DNA of 52,262 bases from Bacilli bacterium (GTDB lineage Bacteria > Bacillota_I > Bacilli_A > RFN20 > CAG-826): contig JAZLKX010000029.1 of assembly GCA_045597865.1 (NCBI GenBank), forward strand, positions 1 to 52,262, in the 5' to 3' direction. How positions within the stretch are numbered: the first letter of the stretch is position 1; the number at the start of each line of letters is the position of its first letter. This document shows, in pieces, positions 18,905 to 28,445 of the stretch. Below the pieces are notes generated by a model, which was not told where the DNA came from, searched no databases, and worked only from the letters and a program-made list of their open reading frames with translations. The translations under genes and the position numbers were made by a program.

Positions 18905-19501
18905 CTAGGATTTCTCAATGAATTCCTGGATAATTGGTAAATAATCAAGGCGAGGAACAAACGCCTTTTTTATTTGTTTGCCAACCTCTTTTATTGTGTT
19001 GTATGGAATAGATTTTCTTTCTCCATTTTCGTAAAAATTTATTACGTATTGAGCATCTAAAAAATAGACCTCATCTAGTTCAGAAAATTCAATGATAAAA
19101 AAAGCGATTCCTTTATGTTTAATTACTTGTTTTAAATGTTCAATTTGGTGCTTTGAAATGTTTGCTAAAGGAAAAGAAGTTAACTTCTTTGTAGACTTTG
19201 CTTCAAAATCTAAATACCTTCCGTTATAAACTCCGTTATAGTCCGTAGTTGATTGTTTTTCAAAATAAGCATTTGTAATTATTGGCCCATTTGAATAATC
19301 TACTGAAACAACATTGATTGGAGTCGGTCTTTTTGTTACTAAACAAAGGCCTTGGTTGCGATAATAATCATTAGTTTCATTGATATCGTTTTCAAAAGCC
19401 ATGCCTCTGTTTCCATGAGAAAAAGATTTGGGTTTTGCTGGTGATTTTGCTGGTATTTTTAAGTTTTTTTGAAAATTTTTACCGTTTGCGTAGTTGATCA
19501 T
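18905..19501 (-). CDS. recU: Holliday junction resolvase RecU
   Basis: NRGM.FE..IN, KRPTPI, STTDYNGVY.G.Y.DFEAKST, HQ..HL. Confidence 0.96.
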   Translation of the reverse strand: MINYANGKNFQKNLKIPAKSPAKPKSFSHGNRGMAFENDINETNDYYRNQGLCLVTKRPTPINVVSVDYSNGPIITNAYFEKQSTTDYNGVYNGRYLDFEAKSTKKLTSFPLANISKHQIEHLKQVIKHKGIAFFIIEFSELDEVYFLDAQYVINFYENGERKSIPYNTIKEVGKQIKKAFVPRLDYLPIIQEFIEKS

Positions 19502-20223
19502 TCTAGAGAATCATCGACAAATTTTTCGAATTCTTCCGCAGTGACGTTTTCTTTGTTAGCAAGTTTTTCAATTGCTTGGTGAATTGGTTGTGGAAGATGA
19601 CGATACATGCCGAGAGTTTTGCGGTATTCATTTTTTAATATTTCTCTATTTTTAACAAATGCATCATAAAGATAAACTAAGTTTAGCGTATCTGCTAATG
19701 CGTCGTGTTGGGTACCTTCAAACTCAATATTGAAAACCTTTAGCATATTTGCAAGAGATAAATTGTTGTTTTTCTCATCTTTAACATAGTTATTTGCAAA
19801 TTCTGCGAAGTCAAATTGATGTTTAATGATAATCTCAACATCTTCCTTCTTAACATCTAAGTTGTGTGCGAGTGACTGGGCCATAATTCTAAAGTCATGG
19901 TTACCAAAGGTAACAAACAAGCATTTTGAATAGTCGTGACCCATGTACTTTTTAAGCATATCTATTGCAACTCTAAATGAAACACCTTTTTCCTTTAAAT
20001 TTGCTTCGGTAATTCCAGTTAAGTCAGTAACAACTTTGCCGATTCTATTTTTTGCCTTAACTAAAGTGTACATTCCTTTGTGAATCTTCTTAACTGATCC
20101 ATCTTTACGAATCTCAACTTTAACAGCACCAATAGCAATCATTTCATGGGTAAATTGGGTTCCTTCAAGATCCATGAAACACAAAGTTTTTCTTAATTGC
20201 AATAAGTTGGTTAACGCCTTCAT
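19498..20223 (-). CDS. DEDDh 3'-5' exonuclease (KapD/DnaQ-like)
   Basis: DLEGT, EMIAIGAV, LTGIT, HDALAD motifs. Confidence 0.85.
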   Translation of the reverse strand: MKALTNLLQLRKTLCFMDLEGTQFTHEMIAIGAVKVEIRKDGSVKKIHKGMYTLVKAKNRIGKVVTDLTGITEANLKEKGVSFRVAIDMLKKYMGHDYSKCLFVTFGNHDFRIMAQSLAHNLDVKKEDVEIIIKHQFDFAEFANNYVKDEKNNNLSLANMLKVFNIEFEGTQHDALADTLNLVYLYDAFVKNREILKNEYRKTLGMYRHLPQPIHQAIEKLANKENVTAEEFEKFVDDSLE

Positions 20224-20268
20224 AACGGGTTTAATTATAACACTTATGTTTTGTTTATAAAAAACAAT

Positions 20269-20297
20269 TTGAGTTTAGAATATAACTTTAATATAAT
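20269..20297 (+). promoter_or_regulatory. Sigma-A promoter for gpsB-rnpB unit
   Basis: TTGAGT-17nt-TATAAT. Confidence 0.65.
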
Positions 20298-20311
20298 TAA
20301 AAGGCACATTT

Positions 20312-20686
20312 ATGAAAGCAAAACACACATCTGAGACTTTATTAAATAAAAAATTTACTCCAGCTGAAAAAGGTTATGCTCCTCTTGAAGTTGATGAATT
20401 TTTTGATGGTATAATCGAAGATTATAAGATGTATGAAAAAGAAGTTGCAGAAGCAAGTTCTAAATGCGCAAAAAAAGATGAAGATATCGAAGAACTTAAG
20501 AAGGCTCTTAGAAAAGCTGAATTAGAGATTGCCGAAGTAAAAAAACAATATGGAGCTTTCCCAAAAGACAAAGGCGTTTCACAAGACAATGTTAAACTTC
20601 TAAAGAAAATCGATATTTATGAAAGAGCCCTTTGGAAAAAGGGTATCGATCCAAAAAAATTACTTTCCGACCCGGATAATTGCTAG
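20312..20686 (+). CDS. gpsB: DivIVA-domain cell division regulator (GpsB-like)
   Basis: KKF....KGY...EVDEFFD.IIEDY DivIVA motif, coiled coil, C-terminal N..LLK.I...ER; recU/rnpB synteny. Confidence 0.85.
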   Translation: MKAKHTSETLLNKKFTPAEKGYAPLEVDEFFDGIIEDYKMYEKEVAEASSKCAKKDEDIEELKKALRKAELEIAEVKKQYGAFPKDKGVSQDNVKLLKKIDIYERALWKKGIDPKKLLSDPDNC

Positions 20687-20999
20687 CTTTGCTAGAGGAA
20701 AGTCCATGCTCGCACGGGCTGTGATGCTCGTAGTGATTGCGCTAGCGGAAAAGATAACGCTAGGTACGTAGGAGTACGTAACGGCGGAACTAGTCTAAAA
20801 CTTCGGTCATGATAATGTTCCCTAAGGTGCCACAGAGACGCAGTAAGCGGAAACGCAGAAATGAAACGTTGGTAAACCCCACAAGCGAGAAACCCAAATT
20901 TTGGTAGGGGAGATCGAGCGAGAGAACCGAATCTCAATCGGTACGGCTATGCCGTAGATAAATTATTATCCTAGACAAAACATGGCTTACAGGGTCGGA
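20666..20999 (+). ncRNA. rnpB: RNase P RNA, bacterial type B
   Basis: GAGGAAAGTCCATGCT, GTGCCACAGAGACG, GGTAAACCCC...GCGAGAAACCCAAATTTTGGTAGGGG, ACAAAACATGGCTTA; P1 TCCGACCC (20666-20673)/GGGTCGGA (20992-20999). Confidence 0.95.
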
Positions 21000-21022
21000 C
21001 ACTCACTAAAGGAGATAAGACG

Positions 21023-21667
21023 ATGAATTTACCTAACAAGATTACAGTCAGTAGAATCATTCTTATTTTGGGAATGATTATTGCTATGTTTGTTTTAGCA
21101 CTCATTCCTGATTTACAGGTAATGACTATCGGTAATAGTGGTATAAACCTAGTTTATCTTATCTTTACTTGTGTTTTTATTATTGCAGCTTTTACTGACA
21201 TGCTTGATGGAAAAATTGCTAGAAAATACAATCTCGTTACAGACTTCGGAAAATTCCTTGATCCAATTGCTGATAAATTACTTAATGACGCAACAATGAT
21301 TTTCCTTCTCGTGCCACAGGCTTATGCACCTGCACAACGCAATGATCCAACCATGTTAACAATCCTTGCTGTTTGTGTAATTTTAATGATTGGTAGAGAT
21401 CTTGTTGTTGATGCATTAAGACTTATTGCAGTTAAGAAAAATATTGTTATTGCAGCAAACATTTTTGGCAAGGCAAAAACAGTACTCCAAATGATAGCAA
21501 TTCCAATGCTTCTTCTCAATGACTGGCCATTTAATTTATTCGACAAAACATGGCCAAATTCACTGCAAATCTCCAATATTTTCTTCTATTTAGCCACAAT
21601 TATGTCGCTCGTTTCTGGTGTAATTTATGTCTGGCAAAATAGAGCAGTTTTGAAGGAAACAAAATAA
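21023..21667 (+). CDS. pgsA: CDP-diacylglycerol--glycerol-3-phosphate 3-phosphatidyltransferase
   Basis: MNLPNKIT..R, TD.LDG.IARK...VTDFGKFLDPIADK. Confidence 0.95.
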   Translation: MNLPNKITVSRIILILGMIIAMFVLALIPDLQVMTIGNSGINLVYLIFTCVFIIAAFTDMLDGKIARKYNLVTDFGKFLDPIADKLLNDATMIFLLVPQAYAPAQRNDPTMLTILAVCVILMIGRDLVVDALRLIAVKKNIVIAANIFGKAKTVLQMIAIPMLLLNDWPFNLFDKTWPNSLQISNIFFYLATIMSLVSGVIYVWQNRAVLKETK

Positions 21668-22125
21668 TGAAAAAGTTACTTCAAGAATTAGCAGAAAAAG
21701 GTTTAACTTTAGGCTCAATCGAATCTATGACCGGAGGACTTTTTGCTGCTGAATTTACAAGCATCCCAGGATCATCAAAAGTTTTTAAAGGTTCAGTTGT
21801 GACCTATGCTACAGAAATTAAAGAAAAAGTCGTTGGTGTTAAAACTGAAACAATTGAAAAATTTGGTGTTGTTTCAGACGAGGTCGCAAAAGAAATGGCT
21901 GAGTGTGGAAGAAAACTTTTAAATGTTGATATTTGTGTTTCCGTTACGGGAAATGCTGGTCCAACTTGTGAACCAGGAGGAAAACCTGCTGGATATTTCT
22001 GTGTTGCAGTTTCCACAAAAACTGAAACTATTGTTAAAAATTTCAAAATTAACAAAAAAAGAAATGGTGTTAGAAATAGTGCAGTTCTCGCTATGCGAGA
22101 TATGATACATTTAAAAAGTATTTAA
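21667..22125 (+). CDS. CinA C-terminal domain / NMN deamidase (PncC)
   Basis: ESMTGG, PGSS.VF.G.VVTY...K, GVVS..VA.EMA, SVTGNAGP; between pgsA and recA. Confidence 0.9.
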   Translation: MKKLLQELAEKGLTLGSIESMTGGLFAAEFTSIPGSSKVFKGSVVTYATEIKEKVVGVKTETIEKFGVVSDEVAKEMAECGRKLLNVDICVSVTGNAGPTCEPGGKPAGYFCVAVSTKTETIVKNFKINKKRNGVRNSAVLAMRDMIHLKSI

Positions 22126-22130
22126 AAATA

Positions 22131-22173
22131 TTTTATCGGAAATGACGAATTCTCCTGAAATTATAATTAGGAG
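22131..22173 (+). promoter_or_regulatory. Shared bipartite motif TTTTATCGGAAA-N11-CCTGAAAT upstream of recA
   Basis: Identical 12+8 bp with the same 11-nt spacing as 30967-30997; function inferred. Confidence 0.7.
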
Positions 22174-22182
22174 AACAAAATT

Positions 22183-23181
22183 ATGAATAAGAAAAATTTA
22201 GACTCACAAAATTTAGATGCTGTTCTCAGTGAAATTGAGAAAAATTTTGGCAAGGGAAGCATCATGAAACTTGGTGATCGTCCACAAATTGACACGGACG
22301 TCATTCCATCTGGAAGCTTACTTCTTAATAACGCGTTAGGAATTGGTGGTTATCCAAAAGGACGCATTATTGAAATTTATGGTCCAGAATCAAGTGGCAA
22401 AACCACTTTAGCATTGCATGCAATCGCAGAGGCACAAAAGAAGGGCGAAAGAGCCGCTTTCGTTGATGCTGAACATTCAATTGATCCACAATATGCAAAA
22501 AATTTAGGAGTTAACATTAACGAACTCATCCTTTCTCAACCAGATTATGGAGAGCAGGCTCTTGAAATTGTTGAAAAGTTAGTTAATTCTGGCGCTTTTA
22601 ACATTATTGTTGTTGATTCTGTTGCTGCATTAGTTCCTCAAGCAGAACTTGAAGGAGAAATGATTGAAAGCACAGTTGGCTTACAAGCTAGACTTATGTC
22701 TAAAGCATTACGTAAACTTGCTGGCGCTATGAATCAAAATGAATGTACGGTTATCTTTATTAATCAATTGCGTGATAAAGTTGGCGTAATGTATGGAAAT
22801 CCAGAAACAACTACAGGTGGCAAGGCTTTAAAATTCTATGCCTCAATTCGTCTTGATATTAGACGTACAGAAGCTCTTAAAAACGGTTCTTCCGTTTACG
22901 GAAATACCGTTAATGTTAAAGTTGTTAAAAACAAAGTTGCACCTCCATATAAAAATTGCTTAATTGATATTATCTACGGTAAGGGCATTAGCCATGAAGG
23001 TGAACTCCTTGATCTTGGCATTCAATACCAAGTACTCTCGAGAGCGGGTGCGTGGTATGAATATGATGGAACGAGATTTGCAAATGGCAAAGAGGCCGGA
23101 AAAGCTTATCTTGAAACCCATCCAGAAATGGCACAAGAGATTGAAACCAAAATTAAAGAAGCAATTACAAAACAAGATTAG
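22183..23181 (+). CDS. recA: Recombinase RecA
   Basis: [41 protein letters not shown]. Confidence 0.98.
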   Translation: MNKKNLDSQNLDAVLSEIEKNFGKGSIMKLGDRPQIDTDVIPSGSLLLNNALGIGGYPKGRIIEIYGPESSGKTTLALHAIAEAQKKGERAAFVDAEHSIDPQYAKNLGVNINELILSQPDYGEQALEIVEKLVNSGAFNIIVVDSVAALVPQAELEGEMIESTVGLQARLMSKALRKLAGAMNQNECTVIFINQLRDKVGVMYGNPETTTGGKALKFYASIRLDIRRTEALKNGSSVYGNTVNVKVVKNKVAPPYKNCLIDIIYGKGISHEGELLDLGIQYQVLSRAGAWYEYDGTRFANGKEAGKAYLETHPEMAQEIETKIKEAITKQD

Positions 23182-23203
23182 TCCGGAAGCGGACTTTTCT
23201 TTT
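23180..23203 (+). terminator. Intrinsic terminator of recA
   Basis: AGTCCG-GAAG-CGGACT plus T tract. Confidence 0.75.
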
Positions 23204-23424
23204 ACAAAATTAAATTAAAGGTTTTATTTATAAACTCACTTTTGTATAATGTTATTGTACTTTTCAAGAAAGTACTTATTACCATAGATTAAATTTTCGG
23301 ATTAAATCCGTTGAAATATAATTACAATCGACCGCAGTTGATTTTCGGTAATAATCTCAATTATTGGCTTTTCATATCTTTAGATATGCAAATGCCTTAT
23401 TTATATAGTTAGGAGGCACAAAAC

Positions 23425-24987
23425 ATGCCAGATTACGTATGGGTTATACTCATTGCCGTAGCTTTGCTTGTTGGTTTTGGCGTAGGCTTTTTACTACTCA
23501 AACTTTTACCAAGCATTAAGGCAAAAGATGCCAGCCACAGGGCTGACAAAATTATCCGCGAAGCAGAAATTCGTGGTGAACAAATCAGAAAAAATGCTCA
23601 ACTCGATGGAAAACAAACAGTTGCTGAAATGAAGCAAGAAGCAGAGAGAGATATTCGCGAAAGAAAACAAGAATATGCAAATCTCGAAAATAAGCTAAAT
23701 CAAAGAGAGCAAAACATCGATCGTCGTGATGAAAACTTATTAAAGAAAGAAAACGCAATCGAAGAAAAGAACGAATTACTCAATCGTCGTATGAGAGAAT
23801 ACGACAAGAAAGAAGTCGTCTTACAAGAAAAAATTGATTCAATCATTTCTGAACTTGAAAAAGTTGGTCAACTTTCTGTTAAAGAAGCAAGAGACCAAAT
23901 TTTTGAAAGAGTTGAATCAAAAATGTCAAAAGAAATTGCTGCTTACATCAAGAATAAAGAAGATGAAGCTAAAGCAGAAGTCGAAGGAAAAGCAAAAGAA
24001 ATGCTTGGCATTGCTATTAGCAAATACGCTCAAGAAGAAGTTCAAGAAAGAACAGTTTCAGTTGTTGCTCTTCCATCAGATGAAATGAAAGGTAGAATTA
24101 TTGGCCGTGAAGGTCGTAACATTCGTACCATGGAACAACTCCTCGGTGTTGATCTCATCATTGATGACACACCAGAAGTTATCACAGTTTCCTGCTTTAA
24201 CCCAATTAGACGTCACATTGCAACTAAGTCTTTAGACTTATTGATTAAAGATGGACGTATTCAACCAGGAAGAATTGAAGAAATTGTTGCTAAGGTTACT
24301 GAAGAAGTTGACCAAGACATTCAAAAAGCTGGTGAAGAAGCAGCATTCAAACTTGGTTTACCAAAAATTAACAAAGAATTACTAACTTATGTTGGTAGAC
24401 TTAAATACCGTACATCTTATGGTCAAAATGCTTTAGATCATTCTATGGAAACAGCCTATTTAGCAGGCATTATGGCTGCTGAACTTGGTCTTGACCAAAA
24501 CCTCGCAAAACGTGCTGGTTTATTACACGATATTGGTAAAGCAGTAGACTTTGAACAAGATGGTTCACACGTTGAACTCGGCGCAAGACTTGCAAAGAAG
24601 TACAACGAACCAGACGTTGTTATTAATGCAATTGAATCTCACCATGGTGATGTTCCACAAAATTGTATTATTTCACATTTAGTTCAAGCTGCAGATACAT
24701 TATCAGCTGCTAGACCAGGTGCACGTAGTGAAACTCTTGAAAACTACATCAAACGTATTGAACAACTTGAAACAATTTGTAAATCATTTGATGGTGTCTA
24801 TCAATGCTATGCAATGCAATCAGGTCGTGAAGTCCGTGTTATGGTTTTACCAGACAAGGTTGACGATTTAACTGCATTTAAGATGGCAAGAGACATTCGT
24901 GAAAAGATTGAAACTGAAATGACCTATCCAGGACAAATTAAAGTTTCAGTTATTCGTGAATATAGAGCTGTAGAAACAGCTAAATAA
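23425..24987 (+). CDS. rny: Ribonuclease Y
   Basis: N-terminal TM, coiled coil, KH (KGRIIGREGRNIR), HD (LLHDIGK), YPGQIKV.VIRE. Confidence 0.97.
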   Translation: MPDYVWVILIAVALLVGFGVGFLLLKLLPSIKAKDASHRADKIIREAEIRGEQIRKNAQLDGKQTVAEMKQEAERDIRERKQEYANLENKLNQREQNIDRRDENLLKKENAIEEKNELLNRRMREYDKKEVVLQEKIDSIISELEKVGQLSVKEARDQIFERVESKMSKEIAAYIKNKEDEAKAEVEGKAKEMLGIAISKYAQEEVQERTVSVVALPSDEMKGRIIGREGRNIRTMEQLLGVDLIIDDTPEVITVSCFNPIRRHIATKSLDLLIKDGRIQPGRIEEIVAKVTEEVDQDIQKAGEEAAFKLGLPKINKELLTYVGRLKYRTSYGQNALDHSMETAYLAGIMAAELGLDQNLAKRAGLLHDIGKAVDFEQDGSHVELGARLAKKYNEPDVVINAIESHHGDVPQNCIISHLVQAADTLSAARPGARSETLENYIKRIEQLETICKSFDGVYQCYAMQSGREVRVMVLPDKVDDLTAFKMARDIREKIETEMTYPGQIKVSVIREYRAVETAK

Positions 24988-25029
24988 TTTATTATTTACC
25001 GGGCAAAACCCGGATAGAAAGATATCTTT

Positions 25030-25827
25030 ATGAAAATATTATTTTTTGGAGATATTGTCGGCCAGGTAGGCCGTAACGCAGTTAAACACAATATTGAGAA
25101 GTTGGTAAAAAAATACCAAATTGATTTCGTCATAGCTAATGGCGAAAATGCTACTCACGGAAAAGGTTTAATTGAAAAGCATTACAATGAACTTATTGAT
25201 GCAGGCATCGATTGCATTACTTTAGGCAATCACTATTTATCAAAAAATATGATCGTCAATTATATTGATGATGCCACTTCATTAGTAAGACCGCTTAATA
25301 TTTCTAAACGTATTGGTGGTGAAGGATCCGTTGTTTTTGAAGCAAATGGAGTTAAGATTCGTGTTACCAATATTTTAGGTACTGCATTTATGCAGGAAGA
25401 AGTTGCATCACCTTATTATTCATTAAAAAGTTTAATCGATAATAATGAAGGCGAAGATGTAATTCACATTGTTGATTTCCATGCTGAAGCAACTGGTGAA
25501 AAAATGAGTTTTGGTTATTGTTTTGATGGATTAGTTTCCGCTATCGTTGGAACTCATACACATGTCCAAACAAACGATGCAAAGATTCTAGAAAACGGAA
25601 CAGGCTTCATTACCGATGTTGGTATGTGTGGAGCAGCAAATGGTGTTTTAGGATTTGACAGAGACACAGTTATTCAAAAAACAATTTTTGGTTCAAATGA
25701 ACGTTTTGACCTTGATAAAGATGATCAAGAAATGGTTAATGCTGTTGTCATTGATATTGATGAAATGACTCATAAAACTAGAGAGATTTTTTCAATCTCA
25801 TTATTAGGAGAAAAACATAATGGCTAA
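25030..25827 (+). CDS. ymdB: YmdB-family metallophosphoesterase
   Basis: GDIVG..GR, ANGENA, TLGNH, VDFHAEATGEK, GTHTHVQT, TDVGMCG. Confidence 0.95.
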   Translation: MKILFFGDIVGQVGRNAVKHNIEKLVKKYQIDFVIANGENATHGKGLIEKHYNELIDAGIDCITLGNHYLSKNMIVNYIDDATSLVRPLNISKRIGGEGSVVFEANGVKIRVTNILGTAFMQEEVASPYYSLKSLIDNNEGEDVIHIVDFHAEATGEKMSFGYCFDGLVSAIVGTHTHVQTNDAKILENGTGFITDVGMCGAANGVLGFDRDTVIQKTIFGSNERFDLDKDDQEMVNAVVIDIDEMTHKTREIFSISLLGEKHNG

Positions 25828-27262
25828 CAAGTGTGTTTACTCATCCTTACCGGATTCAGATATTGAAAGAAGGCGCAATCTTTCTTTCGATTTTTCATAT
25901 CCAAATTTCGACGTTCCAAAACGCCTTTCTGAGTTCGCAAAAGGAAAGAAATATTTTATTCACACTTATGGTTGCCAAGCCAATTATCGCGACCAAGAAA
26001 TTATGGCAGGATTACTCGAAAAAGCCGGGTTTTCCCAGGGATTTTCCGAGCAAAACGCGGATATTATCATTCTTAACACTTGTGCTGTTAGAGAGAATGC
26101 TGAACAAAAAGTTTTTGGTAAAATTGGCGATTTAAAGAGCTATAAAAAAGATAATCCAGATGTCATTATTTGCGTTTGTGGTTGTATGGTTCAACAACGC
26201 CACGCTATAGAGTTTATTACAGATAAATTTAAACACGTCGATCTTATCTTTGGAACACATAATGTCACTTCGCTTTTAGACATGCTTAATGAGGTAATTT
26301 GCAAGAGAATTAGACTTGTTGATGTTAAATCTATTCCAGGTGATATTGTTGAGAATCTTCCGAGCGTTAGACAATCGAAATTCAAAGCATTTGTTAATAT
26401 TTCTTACGGTTGTGATAAGTTCTGTACTTATTGCATTGTTCCTTATACACGCGGAAAAGAACGTTCTAGAAAAATGGAAGACATTTTAAAAGAAGTTCAA
26501 GAATTAAAGGATAACAATTATCAAGAAGTTACTTTACTTGGTCAAAATGTTAATGCTTATGGTAAAGACTTAAATGATGGTTCTAGCTTTGCTAAGTTAC
26601 TTGAAGAAGTTGCAAAAATCGGAATTCCACGTGTTAGATTTTTAACATCACATCCTTGGGATTTTACTTCTGAAATTATTGATGTTATTTCAAAGTATGA
26701 CAACATAATGAAATATATTCATCTTCCAGTTCAATCAGGTTCTGATGAAATCTTAAGATTGATGGGAAGACGCTACACAAGAGAAAAATACTTAGCTTTG
26801 GCTAAGGAGATTAAAGAAAAGATTCCAAATGTTGCATTGACAACTGATATTATTGTTGGTTTCCCAAATGAAACATATGAGCAATTTTTAGATACTGTTT
26901 CTCTTTGTAGAGAAGTTCATTATGATTCAGCATTTACATTCATTTATTCGCCGAGAAACAATACTCCTGCAGCAAAGATCAAAGATAATGTTACTGCAAA
27001 GGAAAAGAGCCAACGTTTTAGAGAACTTGTAAAAGCTCTAGAAGAAGACATTTCTAAATATGCTGAGGACATGGTTGGAAAAACATACGACGTTCTTGTT
27101 GAAGGACCATCAGAAAAAGATCCAGACATGCTTTCAGGTTATACTGAGAAAAATAAATTAGTCCATTTTAAAGGTGACGTTTCATTAGTTGGCAAAATTG
27201 TTAAAATTAGAATTTTAGAATCACATACATACTCCATGATTGGAGAATTAATTAATGAATAA
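25820..27262 (+). CDS. miaB: tRNA-2-methylthio-N6-dimethylallyladenosine synthase MiaB
   Basis: TYGCQ.N, NTCAVRENAE, radical SAM GCDKFCTYCIVP, C-terminal TRAM. Confidence 0.95.
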   Translation: MANKCVYSSLPDSDIERRRNLSFDFSYPNFDVPKRLSEFAKGKKYFIHTYGCQANYRDQEIMAGLLEKAGFSQGFSEQNADIIILNTCAVRENAEQKVFGKIGDLKSYKKDNPDVIICVCGCMVQQRHAIEFITDKFKHVDLIFGTHNVTSLLDMLNEVICKRIRLVDVKSIPGDIVENLPSVRQSKFKAFVNISYGCDKFCTYCIVPYTRGKERSRKMEDILKEVQELKDNNYQEVTLLGQNVNAYGKDLNDGSSFAKLLEEVAKIGIPRVRFLTSHPWDFTSEIIDVISKYDNIMKYIHLPVQSGSDEILRLMGRRYTREKYLALAKEIKEKIPNVALTTDIIVGFPNETYEQFLDTVSLCREVHYDSAFTFIYSPRNNTPAAKIKDNVTAKEKSQRFRELVKALEEDISKYAEDMVGKTYDVLVEGPSEKDPDMLSGYTEKNKLVHFKGDVSLVGKIVKIRILESHTYSMIGELINE

Positions 27263-27566
27263 AATTGATGAATTAATTTCGTCTATTTCAGATGATCTTA
27301 AACAGGAAGAATGTGTTAAGCAATATTTTTATTATAAAAATATAGTTAAAAATGATGAAGAACTTAAGAAACTAGATTCTGACGTTAGATTTCATCAAAA
27401 AGAAATGTGCAAAAACAAAAATAATCCTGAAGTTTTTGAAAAAGAAAAAGCACTTTATGAAGAGCTAAAAGATAAGCTCGATAACAACCCAATTTTGATA
27501 AATTATCAAATAGCTAAAGATGAAGTTTTTTCACTTTTAGTAGATATTAAGAACGTCCTTAGCTAA
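27255..27566 (+). CDS. YlbF/YmcA (RicA-like) family protein
   Basis: Small helical protein directly after miaB (ymcB-ymcA synteny); QK...NP.L.NY pattern. Confidence 0.65.
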   Translation: MNKIDELISSISDDLKQEECVKQYFYYKNIVKNDEELKKLDSDVRFHQKEMCKNKNNPEVFEKEKALYEELKDKLDNNPILINYQIAKDEVFSLLVDIKNVLS

Positions 27567-27575
27567 AATAATCAT

Positions 27576-28445
27576 ATGATTATTGTCATTACAGGACCCA
27601 CATGCATGGGCAAAAGCGAAACAGCTTTAGCAGTCGCTAAGGCTTTTAATGGTGAAATTGTTAATGGCGATGCCTTTCAATGCTATAAAGAAATGGAAAT
27701 AGGGGTGGCAAAGCCACCAAAACAATATTTTGATGAAATTCCACATCATTTATTTTCATTTGTGGATGTTAATTATGATTATTCCATTGCTGAGTTCCAA
27801 GAAAATTTAAGAAATAAAATTAACGAACTTCTTTCCAAAGGAAAAAATGTCGTTATAGTTGGTGGTTCAGGTTTATATATTCGCTCTGCACTTTATGATT
27901 ATGAGTTTGCAAAAGAATCTGAAATTGATATAAGCAAATATCAAAAGATGACTAATGCAGAACTACATGACGCTTTGGAGGAAATTGATCCTAAAGAAGC
28001 CGAAAAAATTCATATGAACAATCGAAAAAGAGTTCTTAGAGCAATTGAAATTTATCTTACTCAAGGCAAGAGCAAGTCTGAAGTCATCGATTCACAAGAA
28101 CATAAGTTGGTTTTTGACGCCAAATTTTACGTTAGAAACATGGATAGAGAAAAACTCTATAATTTAATCAATAATCGAGTTGATAAAATGATAGAATCAG
28201 GTCTTCTAAACGAAGTAAAAAGATTAGTTGAAAAATATGGTGAAAATTGCAAGTCATTACAAGCCATTGGATACAAAGAATTGATTCCTGTTTTGCATGG
28301 CGAATTTTCACTTGAAGAAGGTATTGAATTGATTAAGAAAAACTCAAGGAATTATGCTAAGAGACAAGTTACTTATATTAAGCATCAATTTCCTGTGAAT
28401 TTTTATGAAAATACCCAAGATTTACTGGAGATATTGAAGAAATGA
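27576..28445 (+). CDS. miaA: tRNA dimethylallyltransferase
   Basis: GPT..GKS, D.FQ.YK.M.IG.AKP, VGGSGLY, QAIGYKE, RNYAKRQ.T. Confidence 0.96.
   Translation: MIIVITGPTCMGKSETALAVAKAFNGEIVNGDAFQCYKEMEIGVAKPPKQYFDEIPHHLFSFVDVNYDYSIAEFQENLRNKINELLSKGKNVVIVGGSGLYIRSALYDYEFAKESEIDISKYQKMTNAELHDALEEIDPKEAEKIHMNNRKRVLRAIEIYLTQGKSKSEVIDSQEHKLVFDAKFYVRNMDREKLYNLINNRVDKMIESGLLNEVKRLVEKYGENCKSLQAIGYKELIPVLHGEFSLEEGIELIKKNSRNYAKRQVTYIKHQFPVNFYENTQDLLEILKK

Noticed and set aside
20692-20937. 81-aa minus-strand ORF
   Set aside because: Antisense to RNase P RNA; spurious.
22126-22182. LexA (Cheo) box upstream of recA
   Set aside because: No GAAC-N4-GTTC present.
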